Assembly (NCBI GenBank): GCA_023705905.1
Contig: BPTK01000001.1
Span: forward strand, 8,799-72,798
Source: Candidatus Heimdallarchaeota archaeon
Lineage (GTDB): Archaea; Asgardarchaeota; Heimdallarchaeia; Heimdallarchaeales; Heimdallarchaeaceae
DNA length: 64,000 bases
Direction: 5' to 3'
Shown here: positions 9,852 to 19,842 of the stretch, piece by piece
How the letters are laid out: each line of letters begins with the position of its first letter
Position numbering within the stretch: position 1 is the first letter of the stretch
Notes under the pieces: generated by a model
What the model was told of the DNA's origin: nothing
What the model saw: only the letters and a program-made list of their open reading frames with translations
Databases searched by the model: none
Position numbers and translations under genes: made by a program

Positions 9852-11651
9852 TTACAATCTATCAATTAATCCTTTAATAAATGTCATATATCTCATGAAC
9901 AGAAATTCTTGGATGAACCTTGGTCTATTAAGATACTCGTTTATTTTTACTAATTCTCCATAAAGATCTTTAAATCTTAATGAAGGATATTTTATACTGA
10001 AGTATTCAGCTATTTCTTCTGGAGAAGACATTGATTGTTTTGACACCTTTCTTAAGCCTCTGACCATCGATCTATATAAAAGACCAACTGCTTCACTATA
10101 GGCACCTGAGTCAACGATTCGCCTTATTTCTCTCTCAAACCGTGATTTTCCTTGTTCTCCTCTATACTTAGTCCACAGCACTGGAGATAAACGTGTTTTC
10201 TTTGGTATTAATGGATAAGCAATTACAGCAAGTAGGACGGGTATAAAGGGTGAATAAAGTGGAAACATTGACATTTCAGTAATAAATTTCATTATTGCCA
10301 TGGAATATACAGAAGCGCTGTAAAACTTCTGATGAGCGTGTCCTTCATCGAAGATGATAGGGATAGCACTTCCCGCAGTTACATTCATATCACTTCCTAA
10401 ATAGCTGAACAAGTTCCTACTAAATATCAAATTGTCATTTTCTTCTGGTTTGTCAATCCATTTATTAATGAAAATATCAGGATCGCCAATCATTACTATT
10501 TTACCTAATCCTATTGGTAAGGTCATAATTGGAGCAAACATAACATTTCCCCACTCATCTGCATCAGGAAATGCTTCACCGTCTTTCGCTGATTGGAAAT
10601 CAGATTCCATCCATGCAGATCTCGAAGTATAGAAAGGAAGGAAGGGGAGAAACATATCTTCTATTTCAACACCGAATATTTCCAAGGAAATGGCTTGCAA
10701 CGGCATCCAATCAGTTTTCTCTTCTCCAGTTATGGTGTCATTGTGTCTGATAGCCAAACTCAAAACTGTTCCAAACTCCATTTGTAAACCTTTGGATATA
10801 CCGTCAGTTAGAGGATTTGATGTTTCCATGTTCCTTAGAAGAGGTTGAGCAGGATTTGTTGTATATGTTTCAGCATCCATGAGAACAGAGCCATTAAATG
10901 CAAAGCCTCTCAACATCCCCAGCATACTGAAGATCAGTGTTTCAGGACCAGCTGTCTGATTTTCTCCTCCAAATCCAAATAAATCTAATAAGGAGGGGAT
11001 TGTTCCATTACTCATATCTGCTATCTCATCCCAACTATTAAGTAGTGAGAAGAATGGTTCAAAAATTTGCGCTCCCGTGCCATAATCGTCTGCTATAACC
11101 AAACTACCTCCTTTTGCTAAGAATGTTACTAAAGATATCGTATCTATAGTTCCGTAATTTGCTGCTGGACCGATGATTGCTACTATTCCAGGATCAGTGA
11201 TGCGATTTAGTACTGCAAGTGAGGACATACCATTTGTGATATTATAGCCTTCATTTTCCAAGTTAGCTCTTAAGCTAGTTAATCCATCCCAGCCTTCATT
11301 ATAAATACTAAACTTTGTTCCATATCCAGCTAAGCCAACCAAGCCTAATAAAATGGGTACCACAATAATGATAAAAAGTATAAACAATGCAATGGAATAT
11401 TTTGAGAAATTTCTAACGAATTCTGACATTAAATATAGAATTAGAATTACAATAGTTACCACTATCATCATAGCTCCAATATCTTGAGAAAATATATAAG
11501 CTACAATTGTTCCAACAATAGCCAAGATTTCGACGACTATGAATAAAGCTAATTTTTTCGGAGAGATTTGTATATTTATTCTCCTCTTAGCCTCTGGTCT
11601 TGATCTTCTTTCTCTTGACTTGTTTCTTTGTTTGTTGTCTGGCTGGCTCAA
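9852..11651 (-). CDS. membrane-anchored extracytoplasmic protein, DUF4350-like (by architecture and operon position)
   Basis: 599 aa with N-terminal TM helices, a large extracytoplasmic domain (GSLVIADDYG ... KIVMIGDPDIF) and a C-terminal TM followed by a cytoplasmic tail. The gene order matches bacterial DUF4350-DUF58-MoxR operons. It is a paralog of 23032..24315. Confidence 0.35.
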   Translation of the reverse strand: MSQPDNKQRNKSRERRSRPEAKRRINIQISPKKLALFIVVEILAIVGTIVAYIFSQDIGAMMIVVTIVILILYLMSEFVRNFSKYSIALFILFIIIVVPILLGLVGLAGYGTKFSIYNEGWDGLTSLRANLENEGYNITNGMSSLAVLNRITDPGIVAIIGPAANYGTIDTISLVTFLAKGGSLVIADDYGTGAQIFEPFFSLLNSWDEIADMSNGTIPSLLDLFGFGGENQTAGPETLIFSMLGMLRGFAFNGSVLMDAETYTTNPAQPLLRNMETSNPLTDGISKGLQMEFGTVLSLAIRHNDTITGEEKTDWMPLQAISLEIFGVEIEDMFLPFLPFYTSRSAWMESDFQSAKDGEAFPDADEWGNVMFAPIMTLPIGLGKIVMIGDPDIFINKWIDKPEENDNLIFSRNLFSYLGSDMNVTAGSAIPIIFDEGHAHQKFYSASVYSMAIMKFITEMSMFPLYSPFIPVLLAVIAYPLIPKKTRLSPVLWTKYRGEQGKSRFEREIRRIVDSGAYSEAVGLLYRSMVRGLRKVSKQSMSSPEEIAEYFSIKYPSLRFKDLYGELVKINEYLNRPRFIQEFLFMRYMTFIKGLIDRL

Positions 11652-12039
11652 CTAATTCTACACCTTGTTCTCTAATTCCACGGAAACATATATCTAATCT
11701 CTGGATGGCTTCTTGGTAGTCATCATATGTTATTTCAGTGTCTGTATATCTAGCAATTTCAAAGGATGTAAGATACTCGTCCATAACTTCTGTGGAGATG
11801 TTAGCTCTATTAGCAACTGAAAAACCAAATTCTCTTCCAGTTTGATATATTGCACGGGACATACTAAGTAACCCGTGAGCAATGTTGTTTAAACCTCCAA
11901 AGGAAGCAATAACTGCACCTTTGTAATCTTGTCTTTGCTCAAATATCCTTACATCTGCCATGACGGATGTAAACATCTGGTTTAATGATTTTACTTGTTT
12001 TCTTTTCTTGAAGAACCCAAACATACCTCTATGACTCAA
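11587..12039 (-). CDS. small soluble protein carrying a DUF4129-like ARY motif
   Basis: 150 aa. SFEIARYTDTEITYDDYQEAIQRL matches the same motif as the C-termini of 12029..15709 and 24312..25109. It overlaps both neighbours (65 nt and 11 nt), so its true start is uncertain. Confidence 0.3.
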   Translation of the reverse strand: MSHRGMFGFFKKRKQVKSLNQMFTSVMADVRIFEQRQDYKGAVIASFGGLNNIAHGLLSMSRAIYQTGREFGFSVANRANISTEVMDEYLTSFEIARYTDTEITYDDYQEAIQRLDICFRGIREQGVELVEPARQQTKKQVKRKKIKTRG

Positions 12040-15000
12040 TTTTCATTTCACCTACTTCTATTTTATCTACTATTTTTAATAATGCTCGTAATCCGGAATT
12101 GAAGTCACTTTCAGTTATTTCTTCATATCCATATCGTGCCTTTTCGAAATACGAGAGAAGTGTATACATTATCTCTCGCTCAATTTTGCCTTTTTCGGCA
12201 AGTAATCGCGAAAACTCCCAAGGAGTTTGACTCTTATATCTTGGTAAGTCGAAAAATTCTCGGCCGATACCTTCTACCACTGTCCAGGTTTTTAGTAAGC
12301 CCTCTTGGTATCTTCCTTCCAATCCATCCCTCTTGATATCTTCTATTATCTCTTTTAGATAGTCACGTAATCGTCGTCTGAAAGTTTGTTTCTTTGCATA
12401 AGATTGTAGAGAATGTCTATTAAACCATAGGAAAAGTGCTGCCACAACTGCTACAATACCTCCTATAACACCTCCAATTATACCACCGATATTACCTGTT
12501 ATTCCTCCTGGTGGAGTGGCGTCAGGATTATCATTGATGATAACTAAATTCACCGGGGTTGTTAATCTGGAATTTTCAACAGTATCCACTGCTTCAACAG
12601 TATATTCCAAAACAAAATTACCATAGTATGGCAGCTCTATCTCAGAGAGATCGAATATTGCCTCAAATACATCAGACACACCAACTCGAGACATAGAAAT
12701 ATCATAATCCACTTCATTATAGGTTATGTATAATGTTACTACATCTACTGAAGTTAGGACATCTGTCACTGTTGCAGAGAATTCAAGTGTCGTATCAGGA
12801 GTAATATATGACACATTTCCTGCCACTGCTACATTACTAATTGTTGGTGCATCACTATCAACAGCTTGCACTGTCTGCGTTGGTCCTAAGAGAGGATTTG
12901 ATATTGGTAAAGCCGTATCATATGCAATAAAATACCACTCATAATGGAAATTGTATTGAAGTGTTAGTTGATAGTACCATTGATTGGTACTAGGTACATT
13001 AGTCATCAAAGCTACAATATAATCTGTCTGATTTACAAGCGTAACTAAATTGTGGCTATTAACATGAAGTGTGACATTTTCCATACCGCTCCATACAATA
13101 CTATCATTGATGAATACAGTAATGTTAATGTACGGATTTAAGGGATTGCTAGAGGGAATAATGGTTGGTACTTGCTCCTCAAATGGTTCTACATAATCAC
13201 CTAATTGGAATTCATTTGGAGAAGATACTGAATATAGAAATCCTTCCCAACCAAAGTTGGCATCATAGTAAAGACCAACAACAGTCTGTTTAGCACCAAA
13301 CTCATCTAGACCATGTCCTGAGAAATCTGTCATTTTAATATAATATAGGACATAGTATTTTGATTCCGCAACAGTAGCATTGAGAATGCCCCTATACTGA
13401 TTCGCACCAACATGCCATAACGCAAAGGATTGCCACCCACCTACTGATGTATTACCTAGTGGTTCTAAATACTCAAAGAAGAATTCTACTGATCTGATTC
13501 CTGTTCCAACATCAGTAACATAAATATCGAATTGAATGTTGAAATAGGGATCGTGAATTCCTGGATCATAAGGGTCAGGAGTTACAACCTCACCCGTAAC
13601 AATCGGTATGTTGTTATCAGGCCCATAAATATTAATTGTACGAGTTATTGAAGTAGCTGGAGCATAATCTCCACCAGAGGCTACTAAAGACAAACCCGGA
13701 TAAGCATGAGTATCTTGAAGTATTGATAGAAAATTAAGTGCAGTAAAATCGACCCAATTCTTAGTTGAAGTAATTAGCAGATTGGATGTTTCGACATCAC
13801 CACCATTTGTTAGCGTAATGAAAATATTTACCTTCTCTGGCAGTCTTAACCATTGGTCAGTTACTGTTAAAGTATAATTATGAGTTGCATCAAGAGCTCC
13901 CCAAAAAGTGCTATTGAATATAGTGGATATTGTACCATCTAAGATATTTGCTCCACTAGGATCAGTAAAAGTTAGTATAAGTGCAAAATAAGTATTGAAC
14001 ACAGAATTATTAAGAACTCCAGCAGCAACTGCATAACGATAATCTGCTCCTGAAACCGCTAAAGGCGTAACGGTTATTGTTTTTGTTTGAGTTTCATTAG
14101 TAGAATAATCTGGAATGACTGTATCAATGTGTCTTGATCCTGTAGCAACGGAGTATGGTAAAACAATTGAATCAGGGAAGTTTAGTTGGAAACTAGATGA
14201 TTGTGCAGCATTTCCATATTCGTCATATAATGCGACAGTATAACCTATAGTATTCCCTGTTGTGTAATATCTTACACCATCATCCAAATCCAAATCTATT
14301 CTTGTAATATTAACTGCTAATTGTCCCTCCAAACTATCATGAGTTAAAGTTGATCCAATAAACTCATCACCATTTGGATCTACTAAGAAATTAAACATGA
14401 GTACATCTGTAGCGTCAGAGATATTGTTTCCATCAAAATAAAACGTATCTTGAATCTCTGCTTGAGGATTGGACGTTACATAATCATTAGTATATATTGT
14501 TCCCTCTCCTGCCCCAGTGATTGTAAGCCTAACAGTTGAATCCGGTTCCAAACCTAATTGAGAAGTTAAATTCGCATAAATTGTTATATATGTCCCCCCC
14601 ATAATTTCTGTTGGTATATTCACTTTACTTGGCCCTACTACAAAGTAAGCATCAACTACAACTTGATTTTCTGTAGAATCTTGAGTAGTTTCATAAATCG
14701 TCCTATCATTTTGAATATCACTAGTTCCATGATCTGTAAAGAAGTTGAAACCAAGCTGATTAATGTCATAAATACCAGTATAAGTTACTGTTTCCGTTGA
14801 AGGCCCAGGAGCTGTATTTGTATATAGATCTTGATTTGAGGAGAACGTTCTATTTGCATTGAAATGATATCCAGCTGTTTCCCAGTAAACTGATAGAGTA
14901 TATTGTGTTCCAGTTGGATCAATAACGGTATCATTATCAAATAAGACGCGTGTATTAAATGAATAAGATGCGCTTGGGTTAGTAACATCTACAGTTACCA

Positions 15001-15709
15001 CTAATTTTATTTGCCCAAAATAGAAAACATTTACATCTCCCGGACTCCCCGCCCCTCTTCCCATACCTGGGTTACCATAGAACCATGCAAGAAGAGTAAT
15101 TTCACCTACCTTAGAAAAGGCATCTATAGAAAGAGCTGAAGTAGTTAGTGGAATAATAAACTCACCTAGTGCATTAGTTGAAGCACTTCCAACTTGATAT
15201 TGAGGTGTTTCATAGGTTGCAGGACTGCCAATAAATTGGCTTTCAGTAACATTGTAGAAAAGCCAAACAGTTTCCCCGTCCCAATAATCTCCTACAACAA
15301 TGCCCTGCAAAACACCCTCTACATTAATGAGAGTGTCTCTAAGAATATAATCATTAGTTGCTGGAGATGTTATACTTTTCATTATGGTTGGCATGGTTTG
15401 AATTTCCGTGTCAACGCCTTGAACAGTTAGATCACTATTTTTTGGAGAATAAATTATTTTGTTTTCAGATTCGATTTCCTGTGGAACAGTATCGTCTTGT
15501 ATGTCTGGAAAATACTCATATCTGGTTGGTGCATAAGTATTGTCAACAATAGTTTGTGATCCCTGCCCAAATATATATGTTGGAGAACTAATCCCACTAC
15601 TCTGGCTATCTGAAGTATTCTGTGTTTGTACTAAAACTACAGTAGACACCTGCATGATAAGTATTAGAAAGAATGCAATTCCAGTTAGTTTTGTTCTAAG
15701 ACTCTTCAT
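12029..15709 (-). CDS. large extracytoplasmic protein (1226 aa) with a C-terminal TM helix and a cytoplasmic DUF4129-like domain
   Basis: Signal-peptide-like N-terminus. The beta-rich, N/T/S-rich ectodomain is about 1080 aa. The TM segment is GGIIGGVIGGIVAVVAALFLWF. The C-terminal domain has PRYKSQTPWEFSRLL and YFEKARYGYEEITESDF, the DUF4129-like motifs. There is a 4-nt overlap with the upstream TGase-like gene. Confidence 0.5.
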   Translation of the reverse strand: MKSLRTKLTGIAFFLILIMQVSTVVLVQTQNTSDSQSSGISSPTYIFGQGSQTIVDNTYAPTRYEYFPDIQDDTVPQEIESENKIIYSPKNSDLTVQGVDTEIQTMPTIMKSITSPATNDYILRDTLINVEGVLQGIVVGDYWDGETVWLFYNVTESQFIGSPATYETPQYQVGSASTNALGEFIIPLTTSALSIDAFSKVGEITLLAWFYGNPGMGRGAGSPGDVNVFYFGQIKLVVTVDVTNPSASYSFNTRVLFDNDTVIDPTGTQYTLSVYWETAGYHFNANRTFSSNQDLYTNTAPGPSTETVTYTGIYDINQLGFNFFTDHGTSDIQNDRTIYETTQDSTENQVVVDAYFVVGPSKVNIPTEIMGGTYITIYANLTSQLGLEPDSTVRLTITGAGEGTIYTNDYVTSNPQAEIQDTFYFDGNNISDATDVLMFNFLVDPNGDEFIGSTLTHDSLEGQLAVNITRIDLDLDDGVRYYTTGNTIGYTVALYDEYGNAAQSSSFQLNFPDSIVLPYSVATGSRHIDTVIPDYSTNETQTKTITVTPLAVSGADYRYAVAAGVLNNSVFNTYFALILTFTDPSGANILDGTISTIFNSTFWGALDATHNYTLTVTDQWLRLPEKVNIFITLTNGGDVETSNLLITSTKNWVDFTALNFLSILQDTHAYPGLSLVASGGDYAPATSITRTINIYGPDNNIPIVTGEVVTPDPYDPGIHDPYFNIQFDIYVTDVGTGIRSVEFFFEYLEPLGNTSVGGWQSFALWHVGANQYRGILNATVAESKYYVLYYIKMTDFSGHGLDEFGAKQTVVGLYYDANFGWEGFLYSVSSPNEFQLGDYVEPFEEQVPTIIPSSNPLNPYINITVFINDSIVWSGMENVTLHVNSHNLVTLVNQTDYIVALMTNVPSTNQWYYQLTLQYNFHYEWYFIAYDTALPISNPLLGPTQTVQAVDSDAPTISNVAVAGNVSYITPDTTLEFSATVTDVLTSVDVVTLYITYNEVDYDISMSRVGVSDVFEAIFDLSEIELPYYGNFVLEYTVEAVDTVENSRLTTPVNLVIINDNPDATPPGGITGNIGGIIGGVIGGIVAVVAALFLWFNRHSLQSYAKKQTFRRRLRDYLKEIIEDIKRDGLEGRYQEGLLKTWTVVEGIGREFFDLPRYKSQTPWEFSRLLAEKGKIEREIMYTLLSYFEKARYGYEEITESDFNSGLRALLKIVDKIEVGEMKIES

Positions 15710-18700
15710 AGGTATCTGTCCTTTACTGTAATACTTTTACCATTATGTTTCTGAATACTGATTTGTGCCAACAACAATAAGATTGTAATGGTGGATAATA
15801 GGGGTGTAATATTTGCTAGTTTGACTAAAGAGAAACTTCCTATTTCAACCAACGTATTATCATAATCTTGATGACCAACTACAACAGCAAAACTGCCAGG
15901 AGGAGTAGAAATGAAAACTGATTCAGATGAATTCCACCTATCTAAGTAAAATACTAAAAATACAAATGATCCAGCTCCATGGTTTCTAGCATCTACCGAA
16001 ATTGTTTCATTAACAAAACCATTTGCATCTGTTATGCTGTTCAATACTATTTTATTATATGGGATAGTTGAGTTTAAAATACCGGCTAATTCAGATTTAT
16101 ATGTCGCCACATCTTTAACTCCAGTATACGCTTCATAATCAGATTCTTGTATGAACCAGACTTCAATTGCCTCTCCATCTATTGCAGTTGGAGCACCTAA
16201 AGGAGGTTGCATATAAAGATAGAAATCAAAGTCTTCCCACAAGAAGAATCCATCTACACCTACATCCAGAATCGTGTCATTTAACGTTGTTTCTGATCTT
16301 AAATAATCGATTAGCAACATGACAGAAAATGTATAATTCTGACCATAATTTGCCACTAAGAAGTATGTTGTATCTTCAGGTAAAGCAAAATAATCTGTCA
16401 TTCCATCATTTGAATATACCGTTGATGTTCCTCCACCATTGGTTAGACCATCACCAATTTTAGTAACATCTTCAGGACCAATTATACCTAATTGTAACTG
16501 TTGAAGTTCATCAGCTGTCAAAACATAATAGGAAACATACCTTCCAGTTAAAGGTGTTATAAGTCCGGGCTCTGCGTAAAGAGTTGTGCTTATTGAATAA
16601 GTAAATCCTCTTTGGACAATATAATAATCATAAAACGTTCCTGGATCCTCAGGACTTGGTAGGTACTGCGACGTTGCATTCATCGAAACCGTCGTCAGAT
16701 AGCCTTCGGGTAGAATAATGAAACCCGTAGCATTCAAAGAAGTGAAACTAATGAAAGCGAAAACAATATACGTCGTACTATCTGGGTCTGATGGATTATA
16801 AAGTGGATATGCCGTGCTGTTGAAAGTTGGATATACCTCAGCTCTTCCGATTCCATTCGTTGCTTGTTGACCAAGATCATCGGCAATTGCAAGGAGTTGA
16901 GATGGATTAGTTTGATAGGTTTGATAATCTGCAGCAGTTACTGTTTTAAAATTAACCATCGCTCCCACTGCAGGGGAACCTTCACTATCAACATCCGCTC
17001 TAACAACATACTGAAGATTATCAAGAATATACACTTCCTCACTTCCCACCGTTTGAGTTGGGAGAGAATTATAAGTTGGGTACTCATACATTGATACATC
17101 TACATCATAAGAAGTATAGAGAGTATTTTCACAATAGACTAAATCTACTCCACTAGGATAAGGACCTATTTGAAATTGTCCCCAACGGTGTACAGGGTCA
17201 GCATCACCTTCATCAATTGGAAGGAGAGCTTCAACCCAACCATAAAGATTTGCAAATGCTAATGTTCTATTATTTGGGTCACCACCATTAGGACTTCCAA
17301 TAGCAAATCCAAAAACAGGTCTTGCAGGGATTCCATTTAAGCGCATAGTCATAATTGCTAATGCAAGAAAAGCTGAGATTGAGAAGTCTGATCTTTCAGT
17401 AAGAAGTTGTGCTCTGTCCCTACCTCCATTATCAGTCTGATCAGCAGTTGGAGTTCCATAATCTAGTAGAATCCTGTCAATTATGTAAGCAGCACGTTCA
17501 TAGTAAGTATAACTGTTGGCTGTTGCAACTGTGTCAATCTGATCTGCAAACGTTATGACACCGTCAGATGTTGTATCATAATTTGTGGGAATTTGGAGAA
17601 ATCTTTCAACATCTGAATCAGTTGCATAACCTGGAATATACGCATCTGTGCAATCATTGATGATAGTCTGAGTATCATCCTGAACAAAATAAGTAGAATA
17701 GTCGTAAGTACCAACAAAACCTAATATTTCAGCTGTAGATTGAAGCAATAGCTGATCTCTTAATGTATATACGATATCTGTTGAACCATCCACCGCCACA
17801 TTAGTACCGTTTTCATCAAATAAATAATCGTCCCAATTAGTGCTGGAACTACCTGCATCGGTACCATATACACTAAGATGAGGATAATGATATGAGCTCC
17901 AAGTTGTAAGTAATGGACTAGTAACTGTTGTAGTGGCGGAATATGCTAACTGCTTGATATCCAAACCAATAGCAGTGGGATCTGGTGACCCATAATCCGA
18001 TCCATCTTGGAGAGCATTAGTTATAGCGTCATTTGAACTGAATTCCCAAGTTGTAGAATCATAATAATCGTGAACCTCCCACCTATAGAGGAAGTTACCT
18101 AAATCACCATCCAAACCATCCGTGAAAACTTCCGCTACCTCTTGATCACCTAAAGTATCATTAAAATCTAGAGCATCCAAAAGATCTAGTAAACCATCTA
18201 TGTAGAAGGGAGCTGATCCCTGGAAATTAGCATTAAACCAATCAGGATCGATAAGTTGTTCATCAATAACTCCAGGAGGTAGATCGCGATATTTGTCTAA
18301 CATACTCAAATAGGGACCCATGAATGACATTAGAAGGATATAAATTGTGAAACTTGTAAAAAGAATTCTCCAGATGTTATGTCTAGAGTGCCATTTAAAG
18401 AGTCCGAATGGCCAAGATATTATTGGTAGGAGTATATACAAAAAGATTGATGCAATAATTCGCATAGCGCTAGGTTTGAATTCAATTCTATATGTTTCAA
18501 AAGAAATTAACACTAAGAATACATTTATTCCAATTGCGATATAGAACAAAGCTGAGGTTACAAAGGAAGGCATGCCTAGAATCTGCAAATCACCAAAAAG
18601 GAAAGTCATTACGATAGTAGTTACTAACGATATAGTAAAAATAATTGAGAAGATAATATTTACAGGTTTAATCTTTTTTTCTACTAACAGTTCAGCAGGT

Positions 18701-18810
18701 AACTGGTCTTGTTTTTTCCTAAGCTTTCTCTGCTTGGGAACTACTGCAGCGCTTGTCTTCAGCTTACTACCGCTCTTTAATTTTTTAACTTTTTTCGGTT
18801 TCTCAGACAT
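15706..18810 (-). CDS. TgpA-like membrane protein with a transglutaminase-like core that lacks the catalytic Cys and His
   Basis: 1034 aa with about six N-terminal TM helices and a large extracytoplasmic region. The TGase-like core is SDFSISAFLALAIMTMRLNGIPARPVFGF ... NLYGWVEALLPIDEGDADP. The Cys position is occupied by S/I and the HxW His by Y. The C-terminus has a TM helix. Confidence 0.5.
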   Translation of the reverse strand: MSEKPKKVKKLKSGSKLKTSAAVVPKQRKLRKKQDQLPAELLVEKKIKPVNIIFSIIFTISLVTTIVMTFLFGDLQILGMPSFVTSALFYIAIGINVFLVLISFETYRIEFKPSAMRIIASIFLYILLPIISWPFGLFKWHSRHNIWRILFTSFTIYILLMSFMGPYLSMLDKYRDLPPGVIDEQLIDPDWFNANFQGSAPFYIDGLLDLLDALDFNDTLGDQEVAEVFTDGLDGDLGNFLYRWEVHDYYDSTTWEFSSNDAITNALQDGSDYGSPDPTAIGLDIKQLAYSATTTVTSPLLTTWSSYHYPHLSVYGTDAGSSSTNWDDYLFDENGTNVAVDGSTDIVYTLRDQLLLQSTAEILGFVGTYDYSTYFVQDDTQTIINDCTDAYIPGYATDSDVERFLQIPTNYDTTSDGVITFADQIDTVATANSYTYYERAAYIIDRILLDYGTPTADQTDNGGRDRAQLLTERSDFSISAFLALAIMTMRLNGIPARPVFGFAIGSPNGGDPNNRTLAFANLYGWVEALLPIDEGDADPVHRWGQFQIGPYPSGVDLVYCENTLYTSYDVDVSMYEYPTYNSLPTQTVGSEEVYILDNLQYVVRADVDSEGSPAVGAMVNFKTVTAADYQTYQTNPSQLLAIADDLGQQATNGIGRAEVYPTFNSTAYPLYNPSDPDSTTYIVFAFISFTSLNATGFIILPEGYLTTVSMNATSQYLPSPEDPGTFYDYYIVQRGFTYSISTTLYAEPGLITPLTGRYVSYYVLTADELQQLQLGIIGPEDVTKIGDGLTNGGGTSTVYSNDGMTDYFALPEDTTYFLVANYGQNYTFSVMLLIDYLRSETTLNDTILDVGVDGFFLWEDFDFYLYMQPPLGAPTAIDGEAIEVWFIQESDYEAYTGVKDVATYKSELAGILNSTIPYNKIVLNSITDANGFVNETISVDARNHGAGSFVFLVFYLDRWNSSESVFISTPPGSFAVVVGHQDYDNTLVEIGSFSLVKLANITPLLSTITILLLLAQISIQKHNGKSITVKDRYL

Positions 18811-19135
18811 GGTTTTTCCTCGTACTAGTAGAAGGTACTGTGAACCAGATGGTTACCCTATTAACGTTATACAACTACTTTATTCAAAAACTTTTTGTGA
18901 TATGTAATGACATTGTAACTCAAAGATATAAAAAGAAAGAGAATTTATCTGAGATTCAAATCCTTTAGATTATTATATTTTAATATATTAATAATTATTA
19001 CTAGTATAGTAATATGTAATGTACTATGCAGCTAGAATTGCCTTCAAAAACAGATGTCATACATTCATTAAAAAACAAACCAAAAATAGTTTATTTAGAC
19101 TAATAATTACACGACTAATTAAGTAAAAGACCAAG
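18811..19135. promoter_or_regulatory. AT-rich divergent intergenic region between MoxR cluster A and thyX, presumed to hold both promoters
   Basis: 325 bp of over 75% AT between divergently oriented genes, with several TATA-like tracts (tatataaaaag, ttttaatatatt, tttatttagac). Confidence 0.3.
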
Positions 19136-19840
19136 GTGATCATCATCCAAGTTAAATTGATTTCTTACCCTGAAGAAGCAGAGTTAATAGCAAAAATGGC
19201 CGGTTTAATATGTTATTCCGGTGAGAAGGTTTTCGAGGAGATAAAGGAAAAAGCCTCTCTTAAACCTGATGAATATCTTGAAGCAATAATTAAATCTGGC
19301 CACTTATCTATAATAGAACACAATGTATTTGTTTTCTATGTTTCTGGAATTAGCCGAGTGACTTCTCATCAATTGGTAAGAAAGAGAATAGCTAGTTTTT
19401 CACAACAATCACAGAGATATGTCAACGCGGAAAACTTCGAGTATATCATTCCAGATGAAATAAATCAATCATCTTTTGGAGAAAAATACAAAGAAATCGT
19501 AAATCAAACCCATGAGCTCTATCAAGAAATGGTTAATAATGGCATTCCAAAAGAAGACGCGAGATACATTTTACCTAGCGCAACTTCCACCCAGTTAATT
19601 GTTTCTATGAATGGCCATTCACTAATTGATTTACTTGTAAGAAGGATTTGTCACAGATCACAGTGGGAGATTCAAGAATTAGCAGAGAGGATGCTAGAAG
19701 AAGTAAAGAAAGTTGCTCCTGCAATATTCAAGAATCTCGGTGCATATTGCGATTTCTATGGCTACTGTCCTGAAAATAGTCATTCGTGTGGTAGAGCACC
19801 TACATTAGATGAATTAAAAGAAAAAGCTGCTCTCAAGTAG
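19136..19840 (+). CDS. thyX: flavin-dependent thymidylate synthase ThyX
   Basis: The ThyX signature region VRKRIASFSQQSQRY matches the RHRx7S...SQRY motif, here with K at the His position. Overall similarity to ThyX is good (HNVFVFYVSGISRVTSHQL ... DARYILPSATSTQLIVSMNGHSL ... HRSQWEIQE). The probable start is GTG at 19136. Confidence 0.75.
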   Translation: MIIIQVKLISYPEEAELIAKMAGLICYSGEKVFEEIKEKASLKPDEYLEAIIKSGHLSIIEHNVFVFYVSGISRVTSHQLVRKRIASFSQQSQRYVNAENFEYIIPDEINQSSFGEKYKEIVNQTHELYQEMVNNGIPKEDARYILPSATSTQLIVSMNGHSLIDLLVRRICHRSQWEIQELAERMLEEVKKVAPAIFKNLGAYCDFYGYCPENSHSCGRAPTLDELKEKAALK

Positions 19841-19842
19841 TA

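Noticed and set aside
12136-15731. Short plus-strand ORFs (12136..12336, 12726..12944, 15194..15430, 15358..15552, 15540..15731)
   Set aside because: All are antisense within the 1226-aa minus-strand gene. They are low-complexity translations typical of AT-rich antisense frames.
16864-18907. Short plus-strand ORFs (16864..17094, 18347..18544, 18572..18907) antisense to the TgpA-like gene
   Set aside because: They are embedded in a long coherent minus-strand ORF and have no motifs.
19136-19840. ThyX as a pseudo-enzyme because RHR reads RKR
   Set aside because: A single His to Lys change in the motif, while the downstream S..SQRY and the rest of the family signature are intact. That is not enough to call it inactive.
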